NCBI GenBank assembly: GCA_963817895.1
Contig: CAWFQB010000005.1
Location: forward strand, 224,001 to 288,000
Direction of reading: 5' to 3'
DNA length: 64,000 bases
Source: an uncultured Chthonomonadaceae bacterium
GTDB taxonomy: Bacteria > Armatimonadota > Chthonomonadetes > Chthonomonadales > Chthonomonadaceae
The position numbers were made by a program, and so were the translations under genes. This document shows positions 42,059-52,412 of this stretch, piece by piece. Numbering within the stretch: the first letter of the stretch is position 1; each line of letters opens with the position of its first letter. Below the pieces are notes generated by a model, which was not told the DNA's origin, did not search any database, and saw only the letters and a list, made by a program, of their open reading frames with translations.

Positions 42059-43954
42059 ATGAACAAACTAAACAAACGGAAACTATTTGCGGGCGCAGTC
42101 GCCCTGTTCGCATTGCTCGGCAGTCAGGCTCCGCAGCGTCCCGATATGGTTGTTGCGGATTTCGAGGGCAAGGACTACGGCGGATGGGTGGCAACGGGAA
42201 CCGCCTTTGGAACCGGGCCGGCGCAGGGAACGTTGCCCGGACAGATGGCCGTCAGCGGGTTTCTGGGACATGGCCTTGTCAATTCTTTCGGGGGCAACGA
42301 CAACAAAACGGGAACGCTAACCTCGCCGCCGTTTACCATCACGCGCCATTATCTCAATTTTCTAATTGGCGGCGGCAAGCATCCGGGCGAAACGTGCATG
42401 AACCTGCTTGTGGATGGCAAGGTTGCGCGAACCGCGAGTGGCCCGAACGGACAACCCGGCGGCAGCGAACGGCTGGAATGGCAAACGTGGGATGTGCGCG
42501 AGTTGGAAGGCAAAACCGCGAAACTGGAAATAGTAGACTTCGCGACGGGCGGGTGGGGCCACATCAACATAGATGAGATTACCCTGAGCGACGCGAAAGA
42601 GATGGAAGACGTTAAAACGGACACGCTGTATGAAGAGACGTACCGCCCGCAGTTCCATTTTTCCGCGCAAAAGGGCTGGCTCAACGACCCGAACGGCATG
42701 GTGTTTTACAAGGGCGAGTACCATCTGTTTTTTCAGCACAACCCGTTCGGCCTGCAATCGGGCAATCTCTCGTGGGGCCATGCCGTCAGCAAAGATATGA
42801 CCCACTGGCAGCAGATCGGCAACGCCATCACGCCCGATCAATACGGCGTAATCTGGTCCGGTTCCGCAGTGGTGGATTGGAACAACACGACCGGTTTTGC
42901 CACCGATAAAGAAAAGCCGATTGTCGCCACGTATACGGCAGCCGGGAACCCATTCACGCAGCGCATGGTGTACAGCGTGGATAGAGGCCGGACGTGGACG
43001 AAATTCGCGGGCAACCCGGTTCTGCCGCATATCATCGGCGAAGACCGCGACCCGAAAATAACGTGGTACGCGCCCGGTAAAAAGTGGATACTCGCGCTGT
43101 TTCTGGACAGAGAAGATTACGCCCTGTACTCGTCCCCGAATTTGAAGTCGTGGACGCATCTGCAAACCTTCACAACTCCGGGTTGCGGCGAGTGTCCCGA
43201 CTTTTTTGAGATGCCGATTGAGGGCAAGCCGGGAGAAACGCGCTGGGTGTTCACCGCCGCCAATGGCAAATACCTCGTCGGCACATTCGACGGCAACAAG
43301 TTCACGTATGAGGGAACACCCCTGCAAGTGGATTACGGCGCGAACTATTACGCCGTGCAAACGTTCAGCGACATTCCCAAATCGGACGGGCGGCGTATTC
43401 AGATCGCGTGGATGGCGGGCGGTTCGTACCCGCAAATGCCCTTCAACCAGCAGATGAGTTACCCGTGCGCCATGACCCTGCATGAAACGCCCGAAGGTCT
43501 GCGCATCTTCCGGCAACCCGTGAAGGAAATCTCCACACTATACGGCAAAGAGCAGAAGTGGAGCAATCTGGAACTGAAACCGGGCGACAATCCGCTGCAA
43601 GACGTATCGGGCGAGTTGTGGGACATTCGGGCGGAATTCGAGACGGGCAATGCCACCGCGCTCGGCTTGCGCGTCCGGGGCGAAAACATCCGTTACGACG
43701 TGAACAACAAAACCGTAACGAGTTTGGGCCGAACCGCGCCACTCAAACCGCAAAATCATCATGTCATTCTGCGCGTTCTCGTGGATCGAACGTCATTGGA
43801 AGTGTTCGGTAATCAGGGGCAGGCGTCGCTCACAAGCTGTTTCCTGCCGCGCCAGAAAGACAAATCCCTCGCCGTGTACGCGGAGGGCGGCAACGCCAGA
43901 CTGGTATCGCTATCCATCCATCTGTTGCATTCCGCATGGCAGAAATCGAAATGA
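42059..43954 (+). CDS. secreted glycoside hydrolase family 32 (levanase/beta-fructosidase)
   Basis: WLNDPNG, WGHAVS, WSGSA, RDP, ECPD. Confidence 0.93.
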   Translation: MNKLNKRKLFAGAVALFALLGSQAPQRPDMVVADFEGKDYGGWVATGTAFGTGPAQGTLPGQMAVSGFLGHGLVNSFGGNDNKTGTLTSPPFTITRHYLNFLIGGGKHPGETCMNLLVDGKVARTASGPNGQPGGSERLEWQTWDVRELEGKTAKLEIVDFATGGWGHINIDEITLSDAKEMEDVKTDTLYEETYRPQFHFSAQKGWLNDPNGMVFYKGEYHLFFQHNPFGLQSGNLSWGHAVSKDMTHWQQIGNAITPDQYGVIWSGSAVVDWNNTTGFATDKEKPIVATYTAAGNPFTQRMVYSVDRGRTWTKFAGNPVLPHIIGEDRDPKITWYAPGKKWILALFLDREDYALYSSPNLKSWTHLQTFTTPGCGECPDFFEMPIEGKPGETRWVFTAANGKYLVGTFDGNKFTYEGTPLQVDYGANYYAVQTFSDIPKSDGRRIQIAWMAGGSYPQMPFNQQMSYPCAMTLHETPEGLRIFRQPVKEISTLYGKEQKWSNLELKPGDNPLQDVSGELWDIRAEFETGNATALGLRVRGENIRYDVNNKTVTSLGRTAPLKPQNHHVILRVLVDRTSLEVFGNQGQASLTSCFLPRQKDKSLAVYAEGGNARLVSLSIHLLHSAWQKSK

Positions 43955-43964
43955 GAGGTACCTG

Positions 43965-44273
43965 TTGCCAACATTTACGCTATGGATCGAGGCAGAGTTA
44001 TGGGGTGATGAATGGAACCCGCAAAACGACAATACGGATGTGATTGCAACGCTGGCAGACGGAAGCCGATGGGTGGCTAGTTTCTTTACCTATGCGAACA
44101 TTCTCTCATTGGCGGAGAAGAACAAAGGTACAGGGGAATGTTTGCAGGGTAGATATTATTGGTCCAGTGACATGATACTGGTGGATGAGGTGAGCCGAGG
44201 GCGGATTGAGGAGGTTGTTGCTCACCTGATTGCCGAAGGAGAGTTTGAACACATATTTAGCCGATGTGAATAG
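43965..44273 (+). CDS. small acidic hypothetical protein
   Basis: GAGG RBS then TTG start; protein-like sequence LWIEAELW...NTDVIATLADGSRWVASFFTY. Confidence 0.65.
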   Translation: MPTFTLWIEAELWGDEWNPQNDNTDVIATLADGSRWVASFFTYANILSLAEKNKGTGECLQGRYYWSSDMILVDEVSRGRIEEVVAHLIAEGEFEHIFSRCE

Positions 44274-44291
44274 CTGAGAGCAGGTTAGATT

Positions 44292-44705
44292 TTGGAAGAC
44301 CCTACTACATTCTACATTTTTGCTAAAGTAGAAAAGATACACACCCAAGAGTGCATAGAGTGGATCCGGGTACATCAGCGTCCGAGTACCGTCTTGAAAA
44401 ACCATGAAAAATACTTGATGGGCATCAATCAGGAGAAAGATATACCTCTATTACTCGGTGTTGGTTGGCTGGATGTTCTCTCCTTCCGCCAAAACCCTCC
44501 ACATTGGTGTCAATCGTGGAGTATCCATGATGAAATGAGCTGTCCTAATGAACCAGGCTACGGTTTTTGCAGCAAACATCAGCTTCATTATGGAAACGGC
44601 TCTTATGGCTGTGGCGTATGTTTTGGTGATTACAAATGGAAAACCGGTCCGCTACGACTGTATGATAGAGTGAACAAATATATGGCACGGTTCAGGAGTA
44701 TATAG
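44292..44705 (+). CDS. hypothetical protein, lower GC, Cys/His-rich C-terminus
   Basis: 137-aa ORF with CSKH...CGVC filling the gap between genes. Confidence 0.5.
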   Translation: MEDPTTFYIFAKVEKIHTQECIEWIRVHQRPSTVLKNHEKYLMGINQEKDIPLLLGVGWLDVLSFRQNPPHWCQSWSIHDEMSCPNEPGYGFCSKHQLHYGNGSYGCGVCFGDYKWKTGPLRLYDRVNKYMARFRSI

Positions 44706-44750
44706 TCCGAACATGCCCTCTCATCTGTAACTTCTAACAACCTAAAACCC

Positions 44751-46473
44751 ATGACAGACATTCTCCCCGAACTGAATAATGACCGGATGCCGGAACTGGT
44801 AATGCGGTATGAAGCGGACTGGAACAGCTTGCAGCGGTTGTTTACGGCCCCGTATTCGCCGCGTCGCCGCGAACGTTTGCTCCGGTTTCTGGCGGAATGG
44901 CAGGTTGCGCTGGAAGCCGTTCCGTTCGACGCGCTGACCCGAAGCGATCAGGCGGATTGGGTGCTGCTGTCCCGCCTGCTGGAACGCGAAAACCTGCATC
45001 TGATGCGGGAGGAACAGCAGTTTGAGGAGATGGAACCCCTTCTGCCCTTTGCCGCCGCGCTGATTGGTCTGGAAGACGACCGCCGCGAACTGAAGGATGT
45101 CGAGGCGTCTTCGACGGCGCGGTTGCTGGCGCAGGCGATGGAAGCAATGAAACACGCGCAAACACGCTTGCAGGCCGAACTGGAAACGCGCAAAACCGAG
45201 CCAAAGGCGCAAAGTCAGTGGGACGCCGACATTGCGGAGGATGCGCCCCACTGGAAACCCACTGTCGCTAATCGCGCCGCCGGTCTGCTGGACAAAATCC
45301 GTGACATGCTGGCAAACTGGTTCGGGTTTTATCACGCTTATGATCCGCTGTTTACGTGGTGGGTGGAAAAGCCGTACCGCGCGCTGAACACGCAGTTGGA
45401 GGAATTCAGCGCGTTTGTGCGCAAAGAAATCGCCGGAGCGGAGGACGAAGACGCGATTATCGGCGATCCGCTTGGCCGCGCCGCCCTGCTCGAAGAACTA
45501 AACCGCGCCCTCATCCCCTACTCGCCCGAAGAACTGATTGCCATCGGGCGTAAGGAGATGAACTGGTGTCTGCGTGAAATGCACCGCGCCTCGGAAGAAC
45601 TCGGTTTTGGCGAGGATTGGCGCAGGGCGGTGGAGCATGTGAAAACGCTGCACGTCGCGCCCGGACAGCAGCCCGCCCTCGCGCGCGAACTGGCGCGGGA
45701 AGCCGAAGCGTATGTTCAGGAAAACGATCTGGTTACGGTTCCGCCGCTTGCTATCGAATCGTGGCGCATGGAGATGATGTCACCGGAACGGCAAAAAATC
45801 AACCCGTTCTTTCTTGGCGGCGAAGAGATCATTGTTTCGTTCCCGACCCATGACATGGAGGATGCGCAAAAGCGCATGAGTCTGCGCGGCAACAATCGCC
45901 ACTTTGCCCGCGCCACCGTGCAGCACGAACTCATTCCCGGCCACCACCTGCAAATGTTCTCGCAGGAGCGTTTTCGCCCGTACCGCCGTATCTTCTATAC
46001 CCCCTTCTGGACGGAGGGCTGGACGCTGCACTGGGAAATGCTGCTATGGGATTTGGGCTTCGCGCAAACGCCGGAAGACCGCATCGGCATGTTGTTCTGG
46101 CGGATGCACCGCTGCGCCCGCGTGTCTTTTTCCCTGAGTTTTCATCTTGGGCAAATGACGCCCCACGAGTGCGTCGAAATGCTCGTCAACGATGTCGGCC
46201 ACGAGTTGGACAACGCCATTGCCGAAGTCCGCCGTTCGTTCGGCGGCGATTATGATCCGCTGTACCAGTGCGCGTATCTCATCGGCGGCCTGCAAGTCCG
46301 CGCCCTGCATCGGGAGTTAGTGGAAACGGGAACGATGACGCGCCGCGAGTTCCACGATACTATGCCTGGGCGCAAACTGTATGCCCATTGCCGTTCTCCG
46401 CGCCCTGCTGACAAACGAGAAGATTACGCGCGAGTTTCCGAACAATTGGCGGTTTTATCCGAATTCACTGTAG
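44751..46473 (+). CDS. DUF885 family protein (metallopeptidase-like); frameshift near 46365
   Basis: HELIPGHHLQ, WTEGWTLHWE, YQCAYLIGGLQ, FHD; the likely C-terminus MPIAVLRALL...WRFY is in another frame ending at TAG 46473. Confidence 0.85.
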
Positions 46474-46481
46474 GCATGTCC

Positions 46482-46618
46482 ATTGTCTTGAACCCGGATT
46501 TTCAGGATTATGGGATTAACAGGATGTGCCAACTGTTCAAATTTCCCATTGAGCTGGCAATCTCACACCTTGAAATCCTGTTAATCCATTAATCCTGAAA
46601 ATCCGGGTTCAAGACAAT
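46482..46618. repeat. inverted-repeat element with TGTCTTGAACC termini
   Basis: Perfect 29-bp IR ATTGTCTTGAACCCGGATTTTCAGGATTA. Confidence 0.87.
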
Positions 46619-46638
46619 CCGTTATCGAGAAACCTCAA

Positions 46639-48759
46639 ATGAACTCTCATTTCGTTGCAAAACTACTGCCTTGCTGCCTGCTTCTTCTGGCTGGACTGTC
46701 GGCAGAAACCGCCTTTGCTGCTCCGGTTTCGGCGGCGGAAACGGCGCGACTGGCGTCGCTTGATCTTTCGGCTGTCGAGCAGGGTTTCGGCAAGCCGCAG
46801 ATAGATAAATCCGTTGATATGCACCCCCTTTCCATAGCGGGACGTCACTTTGAGCATGGATTGGGGACGCACTCGCCGGGAGATATGCTGATTGACCTGA
46901 ACGGCGGCGCGACACGGTTTACCGCCTGGGTCGGCATTGATGATGAGACGAATAAGCGGGGCAGCGCGGAGTTTCAGATTGTCGGGGATGGCAAACTGCT
47001 GTGGAGCAGCGGCGTGATGCGCGGCGGGCAGGAACCCAAACGGGCGGATATAGATGTGACGGGCGTTCAGCAAATTGCTCTGATTGTCGGGGATGCGGGC
47101 GACGGGTACGAGTACGATCACGCGGATTGGGCGGATGCGGAGTTTACCTTTACGGGCGCAGCGCCAAAAGCCATCAAACTCGCGCCCTCCAACCCGACTG
47201 TCGCGCCTACTGCCGAGCCGGACAAACCGCAGATAACCGTTCCCGGCATTATCGGCATCCGTCTGAACACGCCCGTTCTGTTCACCGTCAGCGCGGTGGG
47301 ACAGCCGCCCATACGCTACGCGGCAAAAGGACTGCCGCGCGGCCTGAATCTGGACGCGGAAACGGGACAGATACGCGGCACGGTTACGCAAGTAGGAACC
47401 CATACGCTGACCGTAACCGCGAAAAACGCGATGGGAACCGATTCGCGCAAAATTCAACTTGTCGCAGGCGATACCGTGTGCCTGACGCCGCCTTTGGGTT
47501 GGAACAGCTACGATTGCTTTGGCGACAACGTGGTTGAATCGGAGATTCTGGCAAACGCCCGCTACGCGCATGACAATCTGCTGCCGCACGGTTGGGAATA
47601 TATCATTGTAGATTACCGCTGGTACGATCCCAACGCCGCCACACCGCCCAACAATCCCAATGCGCATAAAGACGCGATCCTGACAATGGATCAGTACGGC
47701 AGATTGGAACCCGCGCCCAACCGCTTCCCGTCCGCAGCCAATGGCAAGGGCTTCAAACCGCTTGCGGACACGATTCACGGCATGGGCTTGAAATTCGGTA
47801 TCCACATCATGCGCGGTATTCCCCGGCAGGCCGTGAAGCAGAATGTGCCGATTGAAGGCTCTGCATTTCACGCCGCTGACGCCGCGAAAACCGCAAGCGT
47901 TTGCCCGTGGTGTCCCGATATGTATGGGGTGGATACGTCGCAACCGGCGGGGCAGGCGTGGTACGATTCGATTTTACGGCAGTACGCCAGTTGGGGCGTG
48001 GACTATATCAAGGTGGATGACATGTCCGCGCCCTATTCCGCCGGGGAAATCGAGGCTGTCCGCAAAGCCATAGATAAATGCGGACGGGCGATTGCGTTCA
48101 GCCTGTCGCCCGGAGATACGCCCGTCGAGCAGGCCAAACATGTGCAGGCCAACGCCAACCTGTGGCGCATATCGGGCGATTTTTGGGACGAGTGGGGCGC
48201 GGTCAGTCACCAGTTCGATCTGATTTCGCGCTGGCAGGGCAATGGCGGGCCGGGAAGGTGGCCGGACGCGGACATGATTCCGCTCGGCCATTTGTCCGTC
48301 GGCAATCGCAGCGTCGGCAATGACCGAACCACGCGCCTGACCAGAGACGAGCAGCTTACCATGATGTCGCTGTGGGCCATCGCGCCATCGCCCCTGATGC
48401 TCGGCATGAACCTGCCCGACAACGACGCCTGGACGCTCTCCCTGCTGACCAACGACGAGGTTCTGGCAATCAATCAGGACAAAGCCGGCAAGCAGGCGGT
48501 TCGTCTGCCGCAGCCGACAGGGATAGCGGGAACGGAAATCTGGACGCGCGCAATGGCGGACGGTTCGCATGTCATCGGCCTGTTCAACCGACTGCGCGTA
48601 TCCATGCCCGTTCATATCCGCTGGTCCGAAATTGGGCTGGCGAAAGTGAAAACCGTGCGCGACGTGTGGCAGCGCAAAGATTTGCCCGTTTCGGCGGATG
48701 AAATGGAAACAACCGTCGGGCCGCACGGAGCCATGCTGTTCCGCATAACCACGCATTGA
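46639..48759 (+). CDS. secreted GH27 alpha-galactosidase with NPCBM/NEW2 and Ig-like domains
   Basis: GLGTHS...DHADWADA (NPCBM); GLPRGLNLD (Ig); TPPLGWNSY, VDYIKVDD, WRISGDFWD, WPDADM. Confidence 0.92.
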   Translation: MNSHFVAKLLPCCLLLLAGLSAETAFAAPVSAAETARLASLDLSAVEQGFGKPQIDKSVDMHPLSIAGRHFEHGLGTHSPGDMLIDLNGGATRFTAWVGIDDETNKRGSAEFQIVGDGKLLWSSGVMRGGQEPKRADIDVTGVQQIALIVGDAGDGYEYDHADWADAEFTFTGAAPKAIKLAPSNPTVAPTAEPDKPQITVPGIIGIRLNTPVLFTVSAVGQPPIRYAAKGLPRGLNLDAETGQIRGTVTQVGTHTLTVTAKNAMGTDSRKIQLVAGDTVCLTPPLGWNSYDCFGDNVVESEILANARYAHDNLLPHGWEYIIVDYRWYDPNAATPPNNPNAHKDAILTMDQYGRLEPAPNRFPSAANGKGFKPLADTIHGMGLKFGIHIMRGIPRQAVKQNVPIEGSAFHAADAAKTASVCPWCPDMYGVDTSQPAGQAWYDSILRQYASWGVDYIKVDDMSAPYSAGEIEAVRKAIDKCGRAIAFSLSPGDTPVEQAKHVQANANLWRISGDFWDEWGAVSHQFDLISRWQGNGGPGRWPDADMIPLGHLSVGNRSVGNDRTTRLTRDEQLTMMSLWAIAPSPLMLGMNLPDNDAWTLSLLTNDEVLAINQDKAGKQAVRLPQPTGIAGTEIWTRAMADGSHVIGLFNRLRVSMPVHIRWSEIGLAKVKTVRDVWQRKDLPVSADEMETTVGPHGAMLFRITTH

Positions 48760-48801
48760 GAAGAATTTAGCCGCGAATGAACGCGAATAAATGAGAATTC
48801 A

Positions 48802-50736
48802 ATGGGAACCAGCCACTCCACCAACAACTTCGACGCGACGGCGCAACTGCTGCGAGAGTACCGACACGAAGCGCAACGCGAGGAAGTTATTCGTTCCATC
48901 GTCGCCGCGCAGACGCCGGATACCGCCGCCCGCCTGATCCGCGCCGCCCTCTGGCACAAAGACGGTGCAAACGCCGTAACGGGCTATATGCCGAGCGAGT
49001 ATGAACACATACTGCGCCGCGACCTACTACTGACGGTGCGTTGCCTCGGTGATTGCGCCGGTATCGAGCCGACGCTGGCGCGCGAAATCGCTGACGAATT
49101 GACGGCCATCTGCCTGAACCGCAGTTCCAAAGGCAACTACTATCCCCTGCGTCGGCGCGTTCTTGCGCTTTTGCCCCTGCTGGCGTCCGGCGCAATCGGA
49201 CAGGAGATGCAGAGGCGCTTGCTGACACCCCTCATGGATGAAGACGAGCGAGTACGAGAGGATGCCATAGAAACCCTGGCGCAATTGGGCAGTGTTTCTG
49301 AGGACGTCGTTGCCGTCTTGTTTCACCTCCTGCGCGATGAATACTGGGATATATACCATAAAACGGCTAAACTACTGGGAAAATTGGGCAATGAATCCGA
49401 GGAGATTGTAACCGCCCTGCTCGGCCTGCTCCACGATGAAGACAGCAATACGCGGGAAGGCGCGGTACGCGCGCTAGGTGAATTGCAGAACGCCCCGGAA
49501 AGCGTTCTTGCGGCTCTGCTTCCTCTCATTCACGATACAGAGTGGAGCGTACGCAATACGGTAGTGACGGTCTTAGGAGATATAGGCGGCGCTTCGGAAA
49601 GCGTGGTGGCGGCACTCCTTAATCTCCTCCATGGTAAAGAAGGCCGTGAGCGTATCCAAGTCCAATGTGTGTTGGGGCGGTTGCACAATCCTTCTGAGAG
49701 TCTTATTACCGCCCTGCTTGATCTCCTGAATGACAAGGACAGCGAAGTACGGCAGAGTGTGACAGACGTATTAGGGGACATGGGAAACGTCTCACAGCGC
49801 GCTGTCACGGCTCTGCTCAGTCTCTCTCAGGATGAAGACAGGGATGTACGCTGGAGAGCCGCAAGCAGTTTGGGGGATTTGGAGAACGCTTCCGAGGACG
49901 TGTTGAACGCGCTGCTTGATTGCCTCCAGGATGAAGACTGGTATGTGCGGCAGCAGGCGGTACAAGCGTTAACGCAGTTGGGCAACGCCTCTGAGAATGT
50001 CATAACGCGCCTGCTGACCTGTTTGCAGGATGAATACTGGAAGGTGCGAGAAATGGCAGCCATCGCGCTGGAGCAGTTGGGCAATTCCTCGGCAAGTGTT
50101 ATCACGGCCCTGCTCAACCTCCTGCACGACGAAAACAGCGATGTACGCGCAAGCGCAGTAGACGCCTTAGCACAGTTGGGCAGCGACTCGACAGACGCGC
50201 TAATCGCCATACTTCCCCTGCTTTCAGATGAGGATATGGGGTACAAGGTGGTAGAGGTACTGGATCGGTGGGGCGGCGTGACTGAGGACGTAGTTATCGT
50301 CTTGCTCGAACTCCTGCGCGATGGAGAGGAAATCATGCGGGAGAGGGCAGCCGCAGGGTTAGGGCGCCTGGGAAACGCTTCGAAGGAAGTTATGACGGCG
50401 CTGCTTGATTGCACTCAGGACGAAGATTGCGACGCGCGGCAGAGCGCGGCAGAATCATTGGTTCGCCTGGGGAACGGCTCGGAGAGCGTCCTGACGATGC
50501 TGCTCAACCTCACGCGCGATGACTATAGCGGGGTACGGGAGAGTGTGGCAGAGATGTTAGGAAAGTTGGGCAACGCTTCCGCAAGCGTCGTTACGGCTCT
50601 GCTCAATCTCCTCGCAGATGAATACTGGCATGTGCGAAATGCGGCGTGGGAAGCGTTGTGGACGTTGACGAGTGACCGGGAGTTTCTACCCTCATCCGGC
50701 CTTCGGCCACCTTCTCCCTGCAAGGGAGAAGGCTAA
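48802..50736 (+). CDS. HEAT-repeat protein (about 15 x 33 aa)
   Basis: Recurrent DExxxVRxxAxxxLxxLGNxSExVxxALLxLL. Confidence 0.9.
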   Translation: MGTSHSTNNFDATAQLLREYRHEAQREEVIRSIVAAQTPDTAARLIRAALWHKDGANAVTGYMPSEYEHILRRDLLLTVRCLGDCAGIEPTLAREIADELTAICLNRSSKGNYYPLRRRVLALLPLLASGAIGQEMQRRLLTPLMDEDERVREDAIETLAQLGSVSEDVVAVLFHLLRDEYWDIYHKTAKLLGKLGNESEEIVTALLGLLHDEDSNTREGAVRALGELQNAPESVLAALLPLIHDTEWSVRNTVVTVLGDIGGASESVVAALLNLLHGKEGRERIQVQCVLGRLHNPSESLITALLDLLNDKDSEVRQSVTDVLGDMGNVSQRAVTALLSLSQDEDRDVRWRAASSLGDLENASEDVLNALLDCLQDEDWYVRQQAVQALTQLGNASENVITRLLTCLQDEYWKVREMAAIALEQLGNSSASVITALLNLLHDENSDVRASAVDALAQLGSDSTDALIAILPLLSDEDMGYKVVEVLDRWGGVTEDVVIVLLELLRDGEEIMRERAAAGLGRLGNASKEVMTALLDCTQDEDCDARQSAAESLVRLGNGSESVLTMLLNLTRDDYSGVRESVAEMLGKLGNASASVVTALLNLLADEYWHVRNAAWEALWTLTSDREFLPSSGLRPPSPCKGEG

Positions 50737-50881
50737 ATTGTTCAATGTACAGTTGAACAGAAGGCCGGGGCCGAAATGAAAAATCCATACGCCTAAAATA
50801 GAGTTTAATCAACCCACCAGACTGCCAAATTAGCCTTCTCCCTTGCAGGGAGAAGGTGGCCGAAGGCCGGATGAGGGTAGA
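50685..50881. repeat. pair of perfect 52-bp inverted REP-like units
   Basis: TCTACCCTCATCCGGCCTTCGGCCACCTTCTCCCTGCAAGGGAGAAGGCTAA at 50685-50736; reverse complement at 50830-50881. Confidence 0.88.
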
Positions 50882-50985
50882 TACTGCCTTGGATGCGGCA
50901 GGAATTTTACCTTTGCGTAGCGAAAAGTCGCGTACGACTGCCAATCGTTTGCAGCAACACACTCAAACCACGACAGGAGAGATTC

Positions 50986-52293
50986 ATGAGCCTACCAACC
51001 GACCCTTCCGATACGCCCCCATCCCGTCGGGACTTTCTCAAAACTACGACCACGACCGGCGCGGCGGCGGCTTTGCTGGCGACAGGCAATTACGCGTATC
51101 CGCAGGGCGCGAAGAAACTGAATGTCGGCCTCATTGGATGCGGCGGGCGTGGCACGGGCGCGGCGGCGCAGGCGCTCAATGCCGACCCGGACACGATTTT
51201 AACGGCTATGGGCGATGTGGCGCAATCGCAGATAGACAACAGCCTGAACGCGCTGAAGGGCGAAGCGTCGGTTGCAAGCCGGGTGAAGCCCGCGCCCGAT
51301 CACTGCTTTGTCGGACTGGACAGTTACAAAAAGGTGCTGGACAGCGGCGTGGACGTGGTTTTGCTTGCCACGCCGCCGGGGTTTCGCCCGCAGCACATCA
51401 TTGCCGCTGTGGACGCGGGCAAGCATGTGTTTGCCGAAAAACCGATGGGGACGGATGCCGTCAATGTCCACGCCGCGCTGGAAGCGGCGAAACGGGCCAA
51501 AGCCAAAAACCTCGCGTTTGTGTCCGGCTTCTGCTGGCGGTACAATCCTCCCCACCGCGCGCTGTATCAGCGTATACACGAGGGCGCTATAGGGCAGGTT
51601 CGGGCGGTTCACGCCACCTATCTGACCGGACCGGTCAAGCCGATGCCGCCCGCCAATACCCGACCGGCAGGCATGAGCGACGTGGAGTGGCAGGTGCGCA
51701 ACTGGTACAACTTCGTGTGGCTGTCGGGTGACGGGCTGATCGAACAGGCGTGTCATAGCATTGATAAGATTCTGTGGGCGATGAACGACGTTCCGCCGAT
51801 GCGATGCGTGGCGACGGGTGGGCGCGTTTTGCCCAATAACGAGGGCAACATTTACGACCACATTGACGTGTTTTACGAGTGGGCGGATGGCAGGCGGGCA
51901 ACGATGGCGCAACGCCAAATCCCCTGCCCCTACAACGACAACTCGGATTTCATTACGGGCGCGAAAGGCGAGGGAATCATCAAGGGCGGCAGCGTGGAGA
52001 TACGTGGCGAAACCGCGTGGAAATACGAAGGGCCGCAAAAGAACATGTATCAGGTGGAGCATGACGAACTGTTCGCGTCCATCCGCAAAAACATGCCGCT
52101 CAACGACGGCGAGCGCATGGCGCAAAGCACCCTTGTGGGCCTGATGGGGCGCATGGCCGCGTACACGGGCGAAGAGATTACGTGGGAGCAGATGCTGAAG
52201 TCGCAGGAACGGCTTGTCCCCGTCAAACTGGAATGGAACATGAGCCTGCCGATTGCGCCCCTCGCCATTCCCGGCAAAAACACGTTTGTATGA
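50986..52293 (+). CDS. Tat-exported Gfo/Idh/MocA oxidoreductase
   Basis: SRRDFLK, GLIGCGGRG, ATPPGFR, GKHVFAEKP; AGGAG RBS. Confidence 0.92.
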   Translation: MSLPTDPSDTPPSRRDFLKTTTTTGAAAALLATGNYAYPQGAKKLNVGLIGCGGRGTGAAAQALNADPDTILTAMGDVAQSQIDNSLNALKGEASVASRVKPAPDHCFVGLDSYKKVLDSGVDVVLLATPPGFRPQHIIAAVDAGKHVFAEKPMGTDAVNVHAALEAAKRAKAKNLAFVSGFCWRYNPPHRALYQRIHEGAIGQVRAVHATYLTGPVKPMPPANTRPAGMSDVEWQVRNWYNFVWLSGDGLIEQACHSIDKILWAMNDVPPMRCVATGGRVLPNNEGNIYDHIDVFYEWADGRRATMAQRQIPCPYNDNSDFITGAKGEGIIKGGSVEIRGETAWKYEGPQKNMYQVEHDELFASIRKNMPLNDGERMAQSTLVGLMGRMAAYTGEEITWEQMLKSQERLVPVKLEWNMSLPIAPLAIPGKNTFV

Positions 52294-52300
52294 CGGTTTG

Positions 52301-52412
52301 TAACTTTTCACCACCAAGACGCCAAGAACACTAAGAAATACGAAGAGGAAGAAGCAAATCCTGTTCTTTTCTTTTCTCTTGGTGTTCTTGGCGTCTTGGT
52401 GGTGAAAAGTTA
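52301..52412. repeat. perfect 31-bp inverted repeat with about 9-nt periodic CCAAGA arms
   Basis: TAACTTTTCACCACCAAGACGCCAAGAACAC and reverse complement at 52382-52412, which includes the DUF1501 stop codon. Confidence 0.85.

Noticed and set aside
49230..50670. About 99-bp periodicity as a DNA repeat array or DGR target
   Set aside because: Explained by degenerate HEAT protein repeats; no reverse transcriptase or adenine-specific template/variable pair seen.
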